Origin: Malacoraja senta
Taxonomy: Eukaryota
Direction of reading: 5' to 3'
Assembly: GCA_038087875.1 (NCBI GenBank)
Contig: CM075992.1
Span: 8,930,001 to 8,994,000 of the forward strand
Length of the DNA: 64,000 nucleotides
Shown here: in pieces, positions 12,923 to 25,789 of the stretch
How positions within the stretch are numbered: the first letter of the stretch is position 1
Layout: each line of letters opens with the position of its first letter
Translations under genes and position numbers: made by a program
The notes under the pieces: generated by a model
The model's database searches: none
Seen by the model: only the letters and a program-made list of their open reading frames with translations
What the model was told of the DNA's origin: nothing

Positions 12923-13758
12923 TAAGTAAGTTAGAGTATGCACAAGATTAAGTTGCAACATCCGCTGTTTAGGTGCAGATAAGGAGAGCTCCAACGGTAA
13001 TAGTCACAAAGGATGCTGAAGCTCATTCAAGTGTATCCATTAAACATTTTGTAACATTAATCACAGTATATCAATGTAAACTACTGTCAAGCATCTACCT
13101 TTGGAAATACTATATAACCAAAGAAAAATAGAAAGGAAAAGAATAGCAACTTTCTCCTCTCCCCTCCAATGCAAAGGGATCAGCTGTCTTAGTACATGAA
13201 ATACAAATGGATTGGTGTGTAGATAAAGCAAGCAATTAGAATGGCTAATGGAACATTGGGCTTTATTGAAAGGGGTATGGAGTGTAAAAGTGGTACTTTT
13301 ACTGGATACCTGGACTACTGCATATAGCTTTGGTCCTCATATTTACAGAAGGATATAGTTGCGTTGTGGAAAATTCACTGGTTGATTTTTTAGATGAAGC
13401 GAGCTTGAGCACATTGGACCTTTGCTGACTGGAACTTGGCCCTCCAAGGCCACGCCGACCAGCGATTCCCGTACACTAGCACTATCCTACACACTAGGGA
13501 CAGTTTCCAATTGTACCAAAGCCAGTTAACTTACAAACCTACATGTCTTTAGAGGGTGAGAGGAAACCGGAGCACCCAGAGAAAACCCACGCAGTCACAG
13601 GGAGAATGTACAAACTCCGTACAGACAGCACCCGTAGCAAGGTAGATGTAAGGCAGCAACTCTACCGCTGTGCCACTGTGCCGCCCAATGCAGGAATCAA
13701 ACATGTAACTCATGCTCTAATAACTCAGCAATAGACAGTCTTAGAAAGTAAATCCTAC

Positions 13759-13810
13759 CTCTATTTTAGCTCTTGTTTCTTCGTCATCACTGTCATCATC
13801 CTCATATTTT
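13759..13810 (-). CDS. KRI1: KRI1 coding exon 5 (KYEDDDSDDEETRAKIE)
   Basis: AG/GTAGGA boundaries; 52 nt; phase 2 in, 0 out; fits the GKY plus acidic segment. Confidence 0.88.
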
Positions 13811-15202
13811 CTTTGTAATGAAGGAAACAATATTTAGGAAAAAATATATAAATCAGCCATCACATTACTCCAATTATCAAAATCTTATACAATGTAATGA
13901 TAAAAAATGAACATGTTTTACACAATATGAATTCATTTTTTAACTATTAAAGAATTAAAGAAGGAACTGCAGATGCTGGAAAATCGAAGGTAGACAAAAA
14001 TGCTGGAGAAATTCAGCGGGTGCAGCAGCATCTGTGGAGCGAAGGAAATAGGCAACGTTTTGGGCCTGAACCCTTCTTCAGACTGATAGGGGGTGGGGAG
14101 AAGAAAGGAAAAAGATGGAGGAGGAGCCCGAGGGCTGAGGGATGGGAGGAGACAGCCAGAGGGCTGAGCAAGGGGAGGAGACAGCGAGGGCTAGCAAAAT
14201 TGGGAGAATTCAATGTTCATGTCCCCAGGATGCAGACTGCCCAAGGTATGTGGTGCATTTCCTCCAATTTTTTAAGTAATCAAGTTAAATGTTTAATTAC
14301 ACTCTCAATTAGGAACCTTCATCCCAAATTGTGGACAATAACAAACAGTAATAAAAAGCTATAATATGGCCAAAAAGGGGACAATTTGTTTACTGACATA
14401 TAAACAAAGACAGCGCCATGAAGTGACTGAAGGTGGTGAATCTGTGGAATTCATTACCACAGAAGGCTGAGGAAGCCAAGTTAATAGATATTTTAAAGGC
14501 AGAGATAGACAGATTCTTGATTAGTACGGGTGTCATGGATTATGGGGAGAAGGCAGGAGAATGGGGTTAGGAGGAGAGATAGATCAGACATGATTGAATG
14601 GCGAAATAGATTTGATGGGCCGAATGGCCTAAGTCTGTTCCTATCACGTATGAACACTAACAAAATACTGGCATCTGCGGCTTTGAATATTGTTAACTTT
14701 TTAAGACCATTAATTGTTGAGAACAGGGATGTCTCCAGCATCCAGAAGTGACTTCAAGCATTAGCCATGTGATAGAAGGCAGGTAAAATGTTGTCAAAGC
14801 TGCCACAGCCAGACATAAAAACAGCTTTTTTCCCCACGAGTAGTAGCTCTACTCAATAACCAAAAATCTGTAGCCTCGTTTCCTCTGGTATTTTATTTAA
14901 TTCACATGTTTAATCAATAATCAAGTTCAAGTTCAAGTTCAAGTGAGTTTATTGTCATGTGTTCCTGATAGGACAATGAAATTCTTGCTTTGCTTCAATA
15001 ATGTTTTATTATTAATGTTTAATGTATCATTCCTAACTGTCACTGTATGTCATGTTGTCACTTGCGGGCGGAGCACCAAGGCAAATTCCTTGTATGTGAA
15101 TACTTGGACAATAAACTTATTCATTCATTCATTCATTCAAAATATATCTTGCAACTGAAAGATTCCCATTTCCATATTGGGGAATGTTACTCCATGACTT
15201 AC

Positions 15203-15308
15203 CCCTCTTTCTCAAGAATGACCTTCCGTTCATAATCCTTTAGGTACATTGGCTTTTCCTTTTTCTTTTTGTTTGCAGTTTTCCCCTTGCTGCCTTCATT
15301 TCCAACAT
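15203..15308 (-). CDS. KRI1: KRI1 coding exon 4 (DVGNEGSKGKTANKKKKEKPMYLKDYERKVILEKEG)
   Basis: aatAG/GTAAGT boundaries; 106 nt; phase 1 in, 2 out; conserved PMYLKDYERKVILEK. Confidence 0.95.
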
Positions 15309-15721
15309 CTATTAAAAAGATAGTTTGAGATGTTACCCTATCAGATCCCTTCTTGGTAGCTCAACTTTCTTTCCACTTTCCAGCTCTAGATAATTCAAAT
15401 GGAAAAAAAGCTAACAAGGGGTGGCATAGCGGGAGAGCTGCTGCCTTAAACCGTCAGAGACCCGAGTTGGATCCTGACCACGGGTGCATGTCCGTACGGA
15501 GTTTGTACGTTCTCCCCATGACATGCGTGGGTTTGATCCGGGTGCTCCGGTTTGCTCCCGCACTCCAAAGACACAAGGTTAGTAGGTTTATTCGCTTGGT
15601 AAAATTGTAATTTGTCCCAAGTGTATATAGGATAGTATTAGTGTTCAAGGATCGCTGGTTGGCGCGGACTCGGTGGGCCAAAGGGCATGTTTTCACACTG
15701 TATCTCTAACTAAACTAAGCT

Positions 15722-16074
15722 AAATCCGATGCTGGGTTGGGTGAGGTGGGCGTGGGGGGAGGGGGGGGGGGGTGGGGGGGACGAGGGGCAAGGCATATCT
15801 CCACCTTTCTTTTTCTTTCTTCTTATTTCTATATCTTTCTGCCACACTACCTCGGTAGTTTAGGGGACTTTCTTTTGTTCTTTTTCAATCAATCTTTTCA
15901 CCTTCTATTCTTTTTTTCTTTCTTGTTTTCTATTTTTTTCTTTTTTCATTTTCATGGTTTAGGTTATAAGGATAAAAATGAAGCTGTACAATAATTGTAT
16001 CATTTTAGATGCCGAATGTTTTATCTCTGTACAATTGCTTCTAATAAAAAAAAATGTTAATAAAAAAAAAAAAT
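15722..16074 (+). mobile_element. L1-like 3' UTR insertion, second subfamily (another copy at ~61717-62050)
   Basis: T-rich UTR, AATAAA and poly(A); TSD taaactaagct (15711-15721 and 16075-16085). Confidence 0.7.
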
Positions 16075-16474
16075 TAAACTAAGCTGGAAACAGGACGAAA
16101 ACTGGTTGAAATTTCAGGCCTCTCTATCTACAGTTAAAAGAGAACATGCAAATAATGTTGTGCAGAAAACAAAGGATTTGGTATCACTTACAGCATTCCA
16201 CACACATCCTCTTTCAGATTTAGATTCATTTGAGGAACTTGTTGATAAATACATTCCAGTGAACAGCCCAATATATTAAGATACCTGTTAACCGACAATA
16301 CGTCAATTTGGATCCCACCTGTAGATGCAGCTGAAGTGTGACAGCAATTTCTCAGTTAGATATTTAGATAAATTAATTCCCATGACTTAGACAAAAAAAA
16401 CATCAAATTATGTCAACGGCAGCGGTCTCTCAGAAATCTGACAGCTATGGGTTCAAGCCTTCCAAGTATGTTAT

Positions 16475-16725
16475 TCTCCAGGGTTACATCTGAGGGACTA
16501 TGCACTGTCCACGGGCGCCCTGGGGGATTTCCGGGACCGCTGGGCACGGCGGGGGGTTGGAATGCATCCTTAATAAGGATGGTGTTATAGTTGTATAATA
16601 GTATATTTAGTATTGAAGAATATTTGTTTGACTTGTATTATGGTGGTGGGTTTTGTTTTGATTTATTTTGTACTGTACATATTAATGTAAATAATTGAAT
16701 CAATTATTTATGTTTAATTAAAAAG
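16475..16725 (+). mobile_element. Probable Tx1-type LINE 3' end
   Basis: Reads RDYALSTGALGDFRDRW followed by an AT-rich UTR. Confidence 0.5.
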
Positions 16726-16766
16726 TATGATATTCAGAGGTTGGACGGACAATAGACAATAGGTGC

Positions 16767-16909
16767 TTCTTCTTCTTCTTGCGTACGGCGTGCACAGCCT
16801 AAAGTTGTAGGACAACTTGTTCTATTAGATCTTATTTGATTGTGCACGCCAGGTTGATTGCATTTGTCGAAACAGGGCGGACCACGTGAAGGTTGCAATC
16901 TCCCACCCC
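16767..16909 (-). mobile_element. Short retroposon with 5' HDV-like ribozyme and (GAA)n tail, copy 1
   Basis: 13-bp TSD agacaataggtgc (16754-16766 and 16910-16922); related copies at 48318-48450 and 53389-53527. Confidence 0.85.
16856..16909 (-). ncRNA. Minimal HDV-like self-cleaving ribozyme (54 nt)
   Basis: P1 GGGGUGG/CCGCCCU with G1-U wobble; P2 GAUUGCA/UGCAAUC; P3 ACC/GGU; L3 UUCACGU; short UUCG-capped P4; J4/2 CAAA. Confidence 0.8.
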
Positions 16910-17498
16910 AGACAATAGGTGCAGGAGTAGGCCATTCGGCCCTTCGAGCCAGCAGCGCCATTCAATGTGATCATTGCTGATCATCCCCAATCAGACCGGC
17001 GGAGGGTACCGGAGGTCGGTCAGAATGGCGGAGGGTGCTGGACGTCGGACCTGCAGCTCAGGGAACAAAGGGAGACCTGGTGTGAGGGTCCGCCGAGAAT
17101 GAAGGGGGACTAAACGGAATACTTTGTAACTTTGTCGGTGCCCTATATGTGCCGATTATTTATATACCTTGTGTAAGTAAAACTAAGAATGGCACTGTGA
17201 CATGTCACTGCAGTACTAGGGAAGTGCTAGAACTAGAACTTTCAGATGAGATGTCAAACAAGGTTCCTCGAAGGACTCATAACATGTAGGGGAACTAATT
17301 GATAGGAATGCAGAAAGAAAAAAATAGATTACATGGAAAATTAGTGAGGAAATTGCATTGTTCTGTGAACCGGCATAAACTCGATGGGCTGAAATGGTCT
17401 TCTTTTATATCGTAAGGAAAAATAGTCAGGAAGGGATATGGCTATGGGGTTGAAAAAGAGATTGGTGCACTCGTGGACTGTGAGCCTATGTTAATTAG

Positions 17499-17526
17499 CT
17501 GAAGAAGGGTTTCGGCCCGAAACGTT
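17499..17526 (+). ncRNA. Minimal hammerhead ribozyme core in a Penelope-derived repeat (exemplar; intact cores also at 54971-54998 +, 37359-37386 -, 39624-39651 -)
   Basis: CTGAAGA-A-GGGT(TTCG)GCCC-GAAAC-GTT: conserved CUGAnGA and GAAA boxes, stem II, palindromic loopless stem III. Confidence 0.65.
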
Positions 17527-17772
17527 GCCTATTTCCTTCGCTCATGCTGCCTTGCCCGCTGAGTTTCTCCAGCATTTTTGTCTACCGTTAATTAGCAACC
17601 ACAGGTTATGATGGTATGTTAAGGAATTGCAAAATAGATCATTTGAAAGTTGTGCAATAATGGGTACACAACCCATTTACTAATACTTGCCTGAAGAGGA
17701 AAAACATCACAACACTTGGGCATTCAAAGTAACACGATGACCATATAAGTACTATGTGCCACCCAAACCTCA

Positions 17773-17913
<141 letters not shown>

Positions 17914-18963
17914 TCATTGACTTCAGGAAAAAGTTCAGCCTCAAATGTGTACAAGCTAAACTAGATTCCAAGAACCATCTCGGCCTTAAAACAAAAACGT
18001 ATCATGTTTACAAATACACAGGAACAAGATGTTAAAAGTCCAAAGTGCCAAATATCAACTTAATCCCGATGGTGATGGGAGCCTTCTGCACTCCCCTATG
18101 CCCCTCCGATGTTGAGAAAGGCTAGGCAGACACGTCATTGGGGTTATCAAGTGGGCACTGCTTTCATCGACGTTTCGCTGATTGAACCCACGACGTCTCC
18201 AGTAGGCTCAGCTGTGCATTCTGGCGTCCCAGACCCACCCCCCTCTGCATCTTATTAGATTGGGATTAACATGTTATCTTTCAGAGAATTATGTTTGCAA
18301 TGTGTCAGTATTATTTTGCAGGGGGATGGTAGATGAAATAACATTCATCCATAGTTAAGAAGCCAATCTTAGCTCACGTAGCTAAAGCCAATCTTAGCTC
18401 CCGTAGCTACCTGTAGTTGTGAACAATTATCTCCATGAAATGATCCTGTGGAAAGAACTGAATTGAACTCTAGTTCTCTAGTCTCAGGCTGGCCCAAAGC
18501 AGGCATGAAGTACAGTATAGTGGTCATAGATTTAGTGATACGCATAGACAAATTGACTGCAGTAGTCGACCAGGTACAATGGCAATGTTTAAGAGGCATT
18601 TAGACAGGCGTGAGAGTTCCACACTTCAGTCATGGTATGCTTTAGGTTCAGATTTATTATTGTACTGAAGTACAGTCAAAGCTTTGTTTTTCAAACCATC
18701 CAAACAGATCAGATAATACAGATAAAAACCAATCAAGTCAAATTCAAGCACATTAGGTAGAGCAAAGGGGAAGATACAAGTGCAGAATATAGTTCTCAGC
18801 ATTGAAGCACACCAGTTCCAGAGACAAAGTTCAATGTCCGCTATGGGTTAGAGGCGGCTTGGACGGTACCCAGCTTATGGAAGTCTGAAAACAGTGGGGA
18901 AGAAGCTGTTGTTGATTATTAAGGGTGTTAAATGTTACAAGCGAGAAGGCAGGAGAATCTTAC

Positions 18964-19037
18964 CAATTCACTCTCATCCGATTCAGAGCTTGAAGAACTG
19001 TCTTCTTCCCCAGCCCCGTCACCATAGCGATCCTTTA
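18964..19037 (-). CDS. KRI1: KRI1 coding exon 2 (LKDRYGDGAGEEDSSSSSESDESEL)
   Basis: ttctcAG acceptor and GTAAGA donor; 74 nt; phase 1 in, 0 out; KRI1 LKDRYGD plus acidic Ser tract. Confidence 0.93.
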
Positions 19038-19899
19038 CTGAGAATCAAAAAGAAAAAAAATAATATATGCATACACAGATTGCAAATGAATATAGCTTAC
19101 ACATACACTAAATCAATATTTTACATGTAGATTGTTTAAGAAAGAACTGCAGATGCTGGAAAAATCGAAGGTAGACTAAAATGCTGGAGAAACTCAGCGG
19201 GTGAGGCAGCATCTATGGAGCGAAGAATAGGTGACATTTCGGGTCGAGACCCTTCTTCAGACTCATTTCTGCCAATCAGGCACCATTAATCAAAAGTCAA
19301 GGGTGTTTAATTATCATATGTCTCGAGAAGGAACAATGAAACTCTTACTTGCAATCACAACAGGTTTGTAAACAATTGTTTATAATTGAGGTGAGGGAAG
19401 GAACTGCAGATGCTGGTGTACACATAAAATACTGGAATAACTTAGCAGGTCAGGCAGCAGCTCTGGAGAGAAGGAATGGGTAACGTTTTGGATCAAGACC
19501 CTTTTTCAGACTCTTCGCCCCAGGCTGAAGGTGGATCTCGATCTGAAACATCACCAGGCTATTCCTTTTCACAGAGATGCTGCCTGACCCGCTGAGTTAC
19601 TCCAGCTTTGTGTGTCTTTCTTGTTTATAATTGATGATTATTATAATTAACAATTATTTCTAATTGTTTCATTAAATCATTGTAAAACAATTATTGGTGC
19701 TATATACAAACTTTACCTGCATATGTTTTATACTAAGTGTAATTGTGCTTAGTGTGCTGCAAGGTTTTAAAGTGACACTGGGGATTTCAGCGTTGGGTGC
19801 ATCAGGGGCTATTGCCCTCAGTGAGCTTCAGGCTGGCTGAGGCCTAGGCCGGCAGGCTTCCTACTACCACAGTAAAACATCTCCATCTCGGAGACTTCA

Positions 19900-20170
19900 T
19901 GCCCACCCTCCCGGCCTCCCGCCCGCCGCATCCGCCCTTCCACCGCCGCCGCCACACTACTCACGCCGCTGCAGCTCCTCCTTCTGCCGGTAGCGCTCGT
20001 AACGGCCGGCGAAGCGCTGGTTGATCCTGAGCTGAGGGCCCGACTCCATGCCGTTACCATGCACACCGCCCGACCCCTGACCCCTGAGGCCTTGTTCAAA
20101 GGGCACCGTCGGCCAATGGCTGCCGCGACCGCCGTTTAAAGGGACAGTCCCGCCGCCAGGTTGAGCAGAG
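19900..20170 (-). promoter_or_regulatory. CpG-rich island over KRI1 exon 1 and its proximal promoter
   Basis: High CpG/GC density around the ATG; CCAAT at about 20113. Confidence 0.6.
19965..20049 (-). CDS. KRI1: KRI1 homolog, coding exon 1 (MESGPQLRINQRFAGRYERYRQKEELQR)
   Basis: ATG at 20049-20047 in a CpG-rich region. Translation resembles the KRI1 N-terminus (human [23 protein letters not shown], from memory). GTGAGT donor; 85 nt, phase 1. Confidence 0.93.
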
Positions 20171-20408
20171 ATGGGCTCTGGAGATTTATTGTCATGTGTC
20201 CCAGATAGGAAGGATAATCAAATTCTTGCTTGCTGCAGCACAACAGAATATGTAAACATAATAAGAATTTAAACATAATAATAAGCAAAGCAAGAATTTC
20301 ATTGTCCTATCTGGGACACATGACAATAAACTCCCTTGAATCTTGAATCTTGAACAGGAGATAAAAGTACCATAGACCACATCACTTCTGGATAAGAAAA
20401 AATGCAAC

Positions 20409-20655
20409 CTGGACCCCCAAAATGCTCAATTTGTAGCTGAATTTTACAATCAATACCATACAATCAGTTATATTCGTCACTTGCACATAAAGTGCAAGTG
20501 AAATGAATTAGAACTGGACAAAAGAGATGCTCAATTTGTAGCTGAAATACAACATCTGGACAATAACATGCTCAATTTGTAGTTGAAATACTACTTCTGG
20601 ATAAAACAAATGCTCAATTTGTCGCTGATATACAACTTCTGGACCTAAAATGCTT
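20409..20655. repeat. About 42-bp degenerate tandem repeat (4-5 units) upstream of KRI1, interrupted by a short LINE tail
   Basis: Repeated ctgga...atgctcaatttgtagctgaaatacaac. Confidence 0.75.
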
Positions 20656-21649
20656 GGGGAAAAAAATTAAAGTAACTTTGAGTGGGCTTGCAACAGAAAC
20701 TCAACATTATTCTTAATCATAATCAGACTTTATTAGCCAAGTATGTTTTGCAACATACGAGGAATTTGATTTGCCATGCAGTCATACCAATAAAAAGCAA
20801 CAGAACACACAAAATACATTTAAACATAAATATCCACCACAGTGACTCCTTCACATTCCTCACTGTGATGGAAGGTGAAAAAAAGTTAAATCTCTTCCCT
20901 TCTTTGTTCTCCCGCGGTCGGGGGCCTCTAACCTTCTGTTGACGGGACGGTCTAACTCCCATAGCCGGTGGTGGGCCTCCTCGTCGGGGCGATCAAGCTC
21001 CTGCATCAGGGGGGAATCTCACCTCCCCCGCGCCGGGCGATCTACCCCGGGTCGGGGCTAGTCGAACGTCGTGTGGCTTTTGGAGCTTCCCGACGTCGGT
21101 TAATGTTAATGTCTCTGTCCCCTTTCAATGTCATCCATCATCAAACCATTGGGGTGAGGGGGAGCAAGAGTTGAACTTACGGGGCCTCAGTGAAAACGCG
21201 CGGATGAGGGATGCATCGATGACATCAGGGTTGGAAACCACATTCCAAAGAAAAAGGACATCTCAGATTTCCTAGAATGGAAAGTCTCATCCTGGGAGCA
21301 GCATCAGCAGAGACGGAGAAATTGAGAGTATGGGAGAGCATCTTTGCAAGAGGCAGGGTGGGAGAAGGTATAGTTCAGAACATCAACTCAAGAACTGTGG
21401 CTTCCTCCATTGCCACAGTGAAGTCGCAAATTGGAGGAACGGCACTTCATATTTCGCTTGGGTAGCTTATAATCCAGCTGTATGAACATAAATTTCTCTA
21501 ATATTATGTAACTTCTACTTCCGCTCCCCCTTTGCCCTATTCCTCCACCCTAATCCTTTTACCAATTCCACAGTTCTCCACATTGTTTCCCTCTTGAGTT
21601 CACACCTTCCCTAACCAGCAATGGGTTTACCAAGCACAGCCCTGCCCGA

Positions 21650-22560
21650 AGGTAGACAAAAATGCTGGAGAAACTCAGCGGGTGAGGCAACATCTATGGA
21701 GCGAAGGAAATAGGCGACATTTCGGGTCGAGACCCTTCTTCAGACTGATGTGAGGGTGGGGGGGGGGGAGAAGAAAGGAAGAGGCAGAGACAGTGGGCTG
21801 AGGGAGAGCTGGGGAAGGGAGGAGAAAGCAGGGACTACCTGAAATTGGAGAAGTCAATGTTCATACCGCTGAGGTGTAAAATGCCCAAGCAAAATATGAG
21901 ATGCTGCTCCTTCAATTTACGGTGGGCCTCACTCTGGCCATGGAGGAGGCCCAGGACAGAAAGGTCAGATTTGGAATGGAAGGGGGAGTTGAAGTGCTGA
22001 GCCACCAGGAGATCAGGTTGGTTATTGCGAACCGAGCAGAGGTGTTGGGCGAAGCGATTGCCAAGCCTACGCTTGGTCTCACCAATGTAGATCAGCTGAC
22101 ACCTAGAGCAGCGGATGCAATAGATGAGGTTGGAGGAGATACAGATGAACCTATGCCTCACCTGAAAAGACTGCTTGGGTCCTTGAATGGAGTCAAGAGG
22201 GGAGGTGAAGCGACAAGTGTAGCATTTCTTGCGGTTGCAAGGGAAAGTGCCAGGAGAGGGGGTGGTTTGGGTGGAAGGGACGAATTGACCAGGGAGTTAC
22301 GATACGAGCGGTCTCTGTGGAAAGCAGAAAGGGGAGGAGATGGGAAAATGTGGCCAGTGGTGGGGTCACGTTGGAGGTGGCGAAAATGTCAAAGGATTAT
22401 TTGTTGTATGTGACGGCTGGTAGGGTGGAAGCTGAAGACAAGGGGGACTCTGCCCTTGTTACGAGTGGGGGGGATGGGGAGTGAGAGCAGAGTTACGGGG
22501 CATAGAAGAGACCCTGGTGAGAGCGTCATCTATAGTAGAAGAGGGGAACCCCCGTTCCCT
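21650..22560 (-). mobile_element. Penelope-like element 3' fragment: GIY-YIG endonuclease and downstream terminal repeat with hammerhead core
   Basis: ORF 22161-21835 reads NLIYCIRCSRCQLIYIGETKRRLGNRFAQH (GIY-YIG with CxxC); hammerhead-like core at 21743-21716. Confidence 0.85.
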
Positions 22561-24883
22561 GAAGAATGAGAATGAGAATGAGACCCCCGTTCCCTGAAGA
22601 ACCGGCCCGAGGTCATTTGTGGCCGGCATTGATTGGCCCTGGTCTTTTCTCGTCTCCAGCTCTTTACCCCCTTACCCCCGATTCAGTCTGAAGAAGGGTC
22701 CCGACCCGAAACATCACCTATCCATTTTCTCTCAGAGATGCTGCTTGAGCCGCTGAATTACTCCTGCATTTTGTGTCTATCTTTAAAAAAAAGTGCAAGC
22801 TAATAAAACTAGTGCAGGCTAATAAACCCATTGTCTTTCATTGAATCAGAGTGATAACGGCTGTGCTGTGAATGTACTCCACAAAGCCAGCTATGCACTG
22901 TAGTCTGGTATACATTCTCCTTAGGGTCCATATTCTTGCTCGGATTTGAGGATATGAGTCTTATCCAGTTGTTCATCACTACACTGGGTAGAATTAGCAC
23001 AGTTCCCACATTGGAATATTTAGTCAGCTCAGAGTGACAATCAATCTATAGGAGTGCACAAGAGTCATATATAACCAGATTGTTATGCAAGACATTTCAT
23101 TCCTTCAAGGTTTGCAGTGACATGCTTAAGTTTTTAATGTACGTACACACTAGTGTGTAGGATAGTGCTGGTGTACGAGGTGATCGCTGGTCGGAGCGGA
23201 CCTGGTGGGCTGAAGGGCCTGTTTCCACACTGTATCTCTAAAGTAAAGGCAAAAACAGCTGGTTTCTACACAGCAAGCTCCCACATATGGAAATAATTGG
23301 ATAATCGGTCTTTTAATCACATTGATTGAGGAATAAATATTGATCAATGTGTTGAGGAGAAACCCCACTGTTCTTCTTCAACAATGAATGCAGGACTTGA
23401 GCGGCTGAGCTATAGTAGGAGGTTGGGCTGGCTAGGACTGTATTCCCTGGAGTGCAGGAGGCCAAGGGGTGATAGTATAGAGATGTATAAAATCACAATG
23501 GGGATTAATAGGATGAAAGCACTAAGTCTTTTTCCAAGGATTGCGGAATCAAAAATAAGAGGACATAGGTTTAAGGTGAGAGGGGCAAGATTTAATACAA
23601 ACCTGAGGGGCAACTTTTCATTCAGAGGGTGGTGGGTGTATGGAACAAGCTCCAAGTGGAGGTAGTTGAGCTGCAGATAATACAACAGCATTTGAAAGAC
23701 ACTTGGGCAGCTAGATGAATATGAAATTATTATTTATATCCCATATATATGAGGTCCCGACCACGGGGGAAAATGGAGGACTGGCCAATTTTTGTACCTT
23801 CCACCAGAGTGATGAATGCTGTGGTGGATGTTTGTGTTAAATTTTTAGTGTGTTTTTGTGTGTTCTTTTTCATTGTACCGCCGCTGGCAAATTCATTTTC
23901 ACTTGCACTTTATGTGCAAGTGACGAATAAAACTGATATTGACATTGATATTGATATATCTGTAATAATTATCCCATTGTTAGAGGGATATGGGCCAAAT
24001 GCGGGCATATGGGACTAGCATAGATGGGGCAGGAGAAATGTGTAGGAGGGAACTGCAGATGCTGGATTAAATCAAAGATAGACACAAAAATTGTAACTCA
24101 GCGGGTCAGACAGCATCTCTGGAGAAAGGAATAGAAAGGAAATGTTTCGGGTCGAGACTCTTTTTCAGATTGAGAGTGTGGGGGCCCCTATTCCTTTTCT
24201 CCAGAGATGCTGCCTGAGCCGCAGATATGCTCCAGCTTTTTGTCTCTCTCTTCAGCATAGGTGGGGCATCCTGGTTGTCATGAGCAAGTTGGGACAATGG
24301 GCCTGTTTCGGTGCTGTATGACTCTATGATAGTGCCTTGGTATCATTTACGTGCATCTGAGAAAGCAAACCAGAGATCACTTTAATGTCTCACCCCAGAA
24401 CTGTCAATGGAAGCACATAAAGTTAATAACTGGAAGTAATAATTTACAGGCAGGAAGTGTGTGCAAATGCAAGACTTCTTGAAAAAATTATTGCAACAGA
24501 TATTGCTCGAAACAAGATCAGAAACAAAGTTGTAGCAGCAACTGTTGACGCGACAGAAGCATTCCTCTTTTTAAAAGTCAACACTTATCTGTTGTGCAAA
24601 AATGGTACCTAATTGAGTAATAAGATATTTAACAATACTATACAAACATGAGGTGCACCGATAAATCCAACAGGAAATACAAACAAAACATCTTTGCCCA
24701 CAGAATGTAGAACTTGCTACCACATATTGAAGCCAATAGCAAAGATGGATTCAGGAAGCAAGATAAACACAAGAGGAGGAAGCACTGGAAAGAGGTTCTG
24801 ATAGGGTGAGATAACAAGGGCGGAAAGAGGCTTGTGTGGTGTGCATGAGCACCAGCATAGGCAGGATGGGCCAAATGGACGTG

Positions 24884-25437
24884 CATATATGCATACACAT
24901 ATTTGTACATATACACACATATGTACACATTCATACACACACAAACACATATACATATACACACACATATACTCAAGACACACACATATACATACACACA
25001 CATATATGTATGTATATATACACACACACACATATATATATACACATACACATACATATATACATACACACACATATATATATACACGCATACATACACA
25101 TACACACACACATATAAACATACACACACATATATATACACATATACACACACACACACATATACTCAGACACACACATATACACACACACATATATGTA
25201 TGTTTATATACACACATATATACATACACATACACACATACATATATACATACACACACACATATATATACACACATACATACACATACATATATACATA
25301 CACACACACACACGTATATATACACACATACATACACATACATATATACATACACACACATATATACATATATACATACACACATACATACACATATACA
25401 CACACACACATATATACACAAATATACATACATATAT
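24884..25437. repeat. (CA/TA)n compound microsatellite
   Basis: Direct inspection. Confidence 0.95.
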
Positions 25438-25789
25438 CTCCCATTTACCTCACAGATATTCATCACCACAATAAAGTCAGTCTTTGGTCCATTGATATCA
25501 AGGGTTGAAGGGATAAGAAACCAACACTGATGAAATCTCAAATAAATTTTACCGACACCTCTACTTCCTCAGATGTTTGAAGAGATTCGGCATGTCGCCA
25601 AATACTTTATTGAGTATCTCCAGGTGTATGGTGGTGAGCATGCTAACTGGTTGCATCATGTGTAGGAAGGAACTGCAGATGCTGGTTTACACCGAAGATG
25701 GACACAAAATGCTGGAAGAACTCAGCGGGACAGGCAGCATCTCTGGAGAGAAGGAATGGGTGACATTTCAGGTCGAGACCCTTTCTGAA

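Noticed and set aside
18165..18205. Possible additional hammerhead (ctggaga...cgaaacgtc, minus strand)
   Set aside because: CUGA box mutated and no convincing stem II.
24638..25541. His/Thr/Tyr- and Val/Cys-rich ORFs (also 39744-40241)
   Set aside because: Translations of CA/TA and GT microsatellites.
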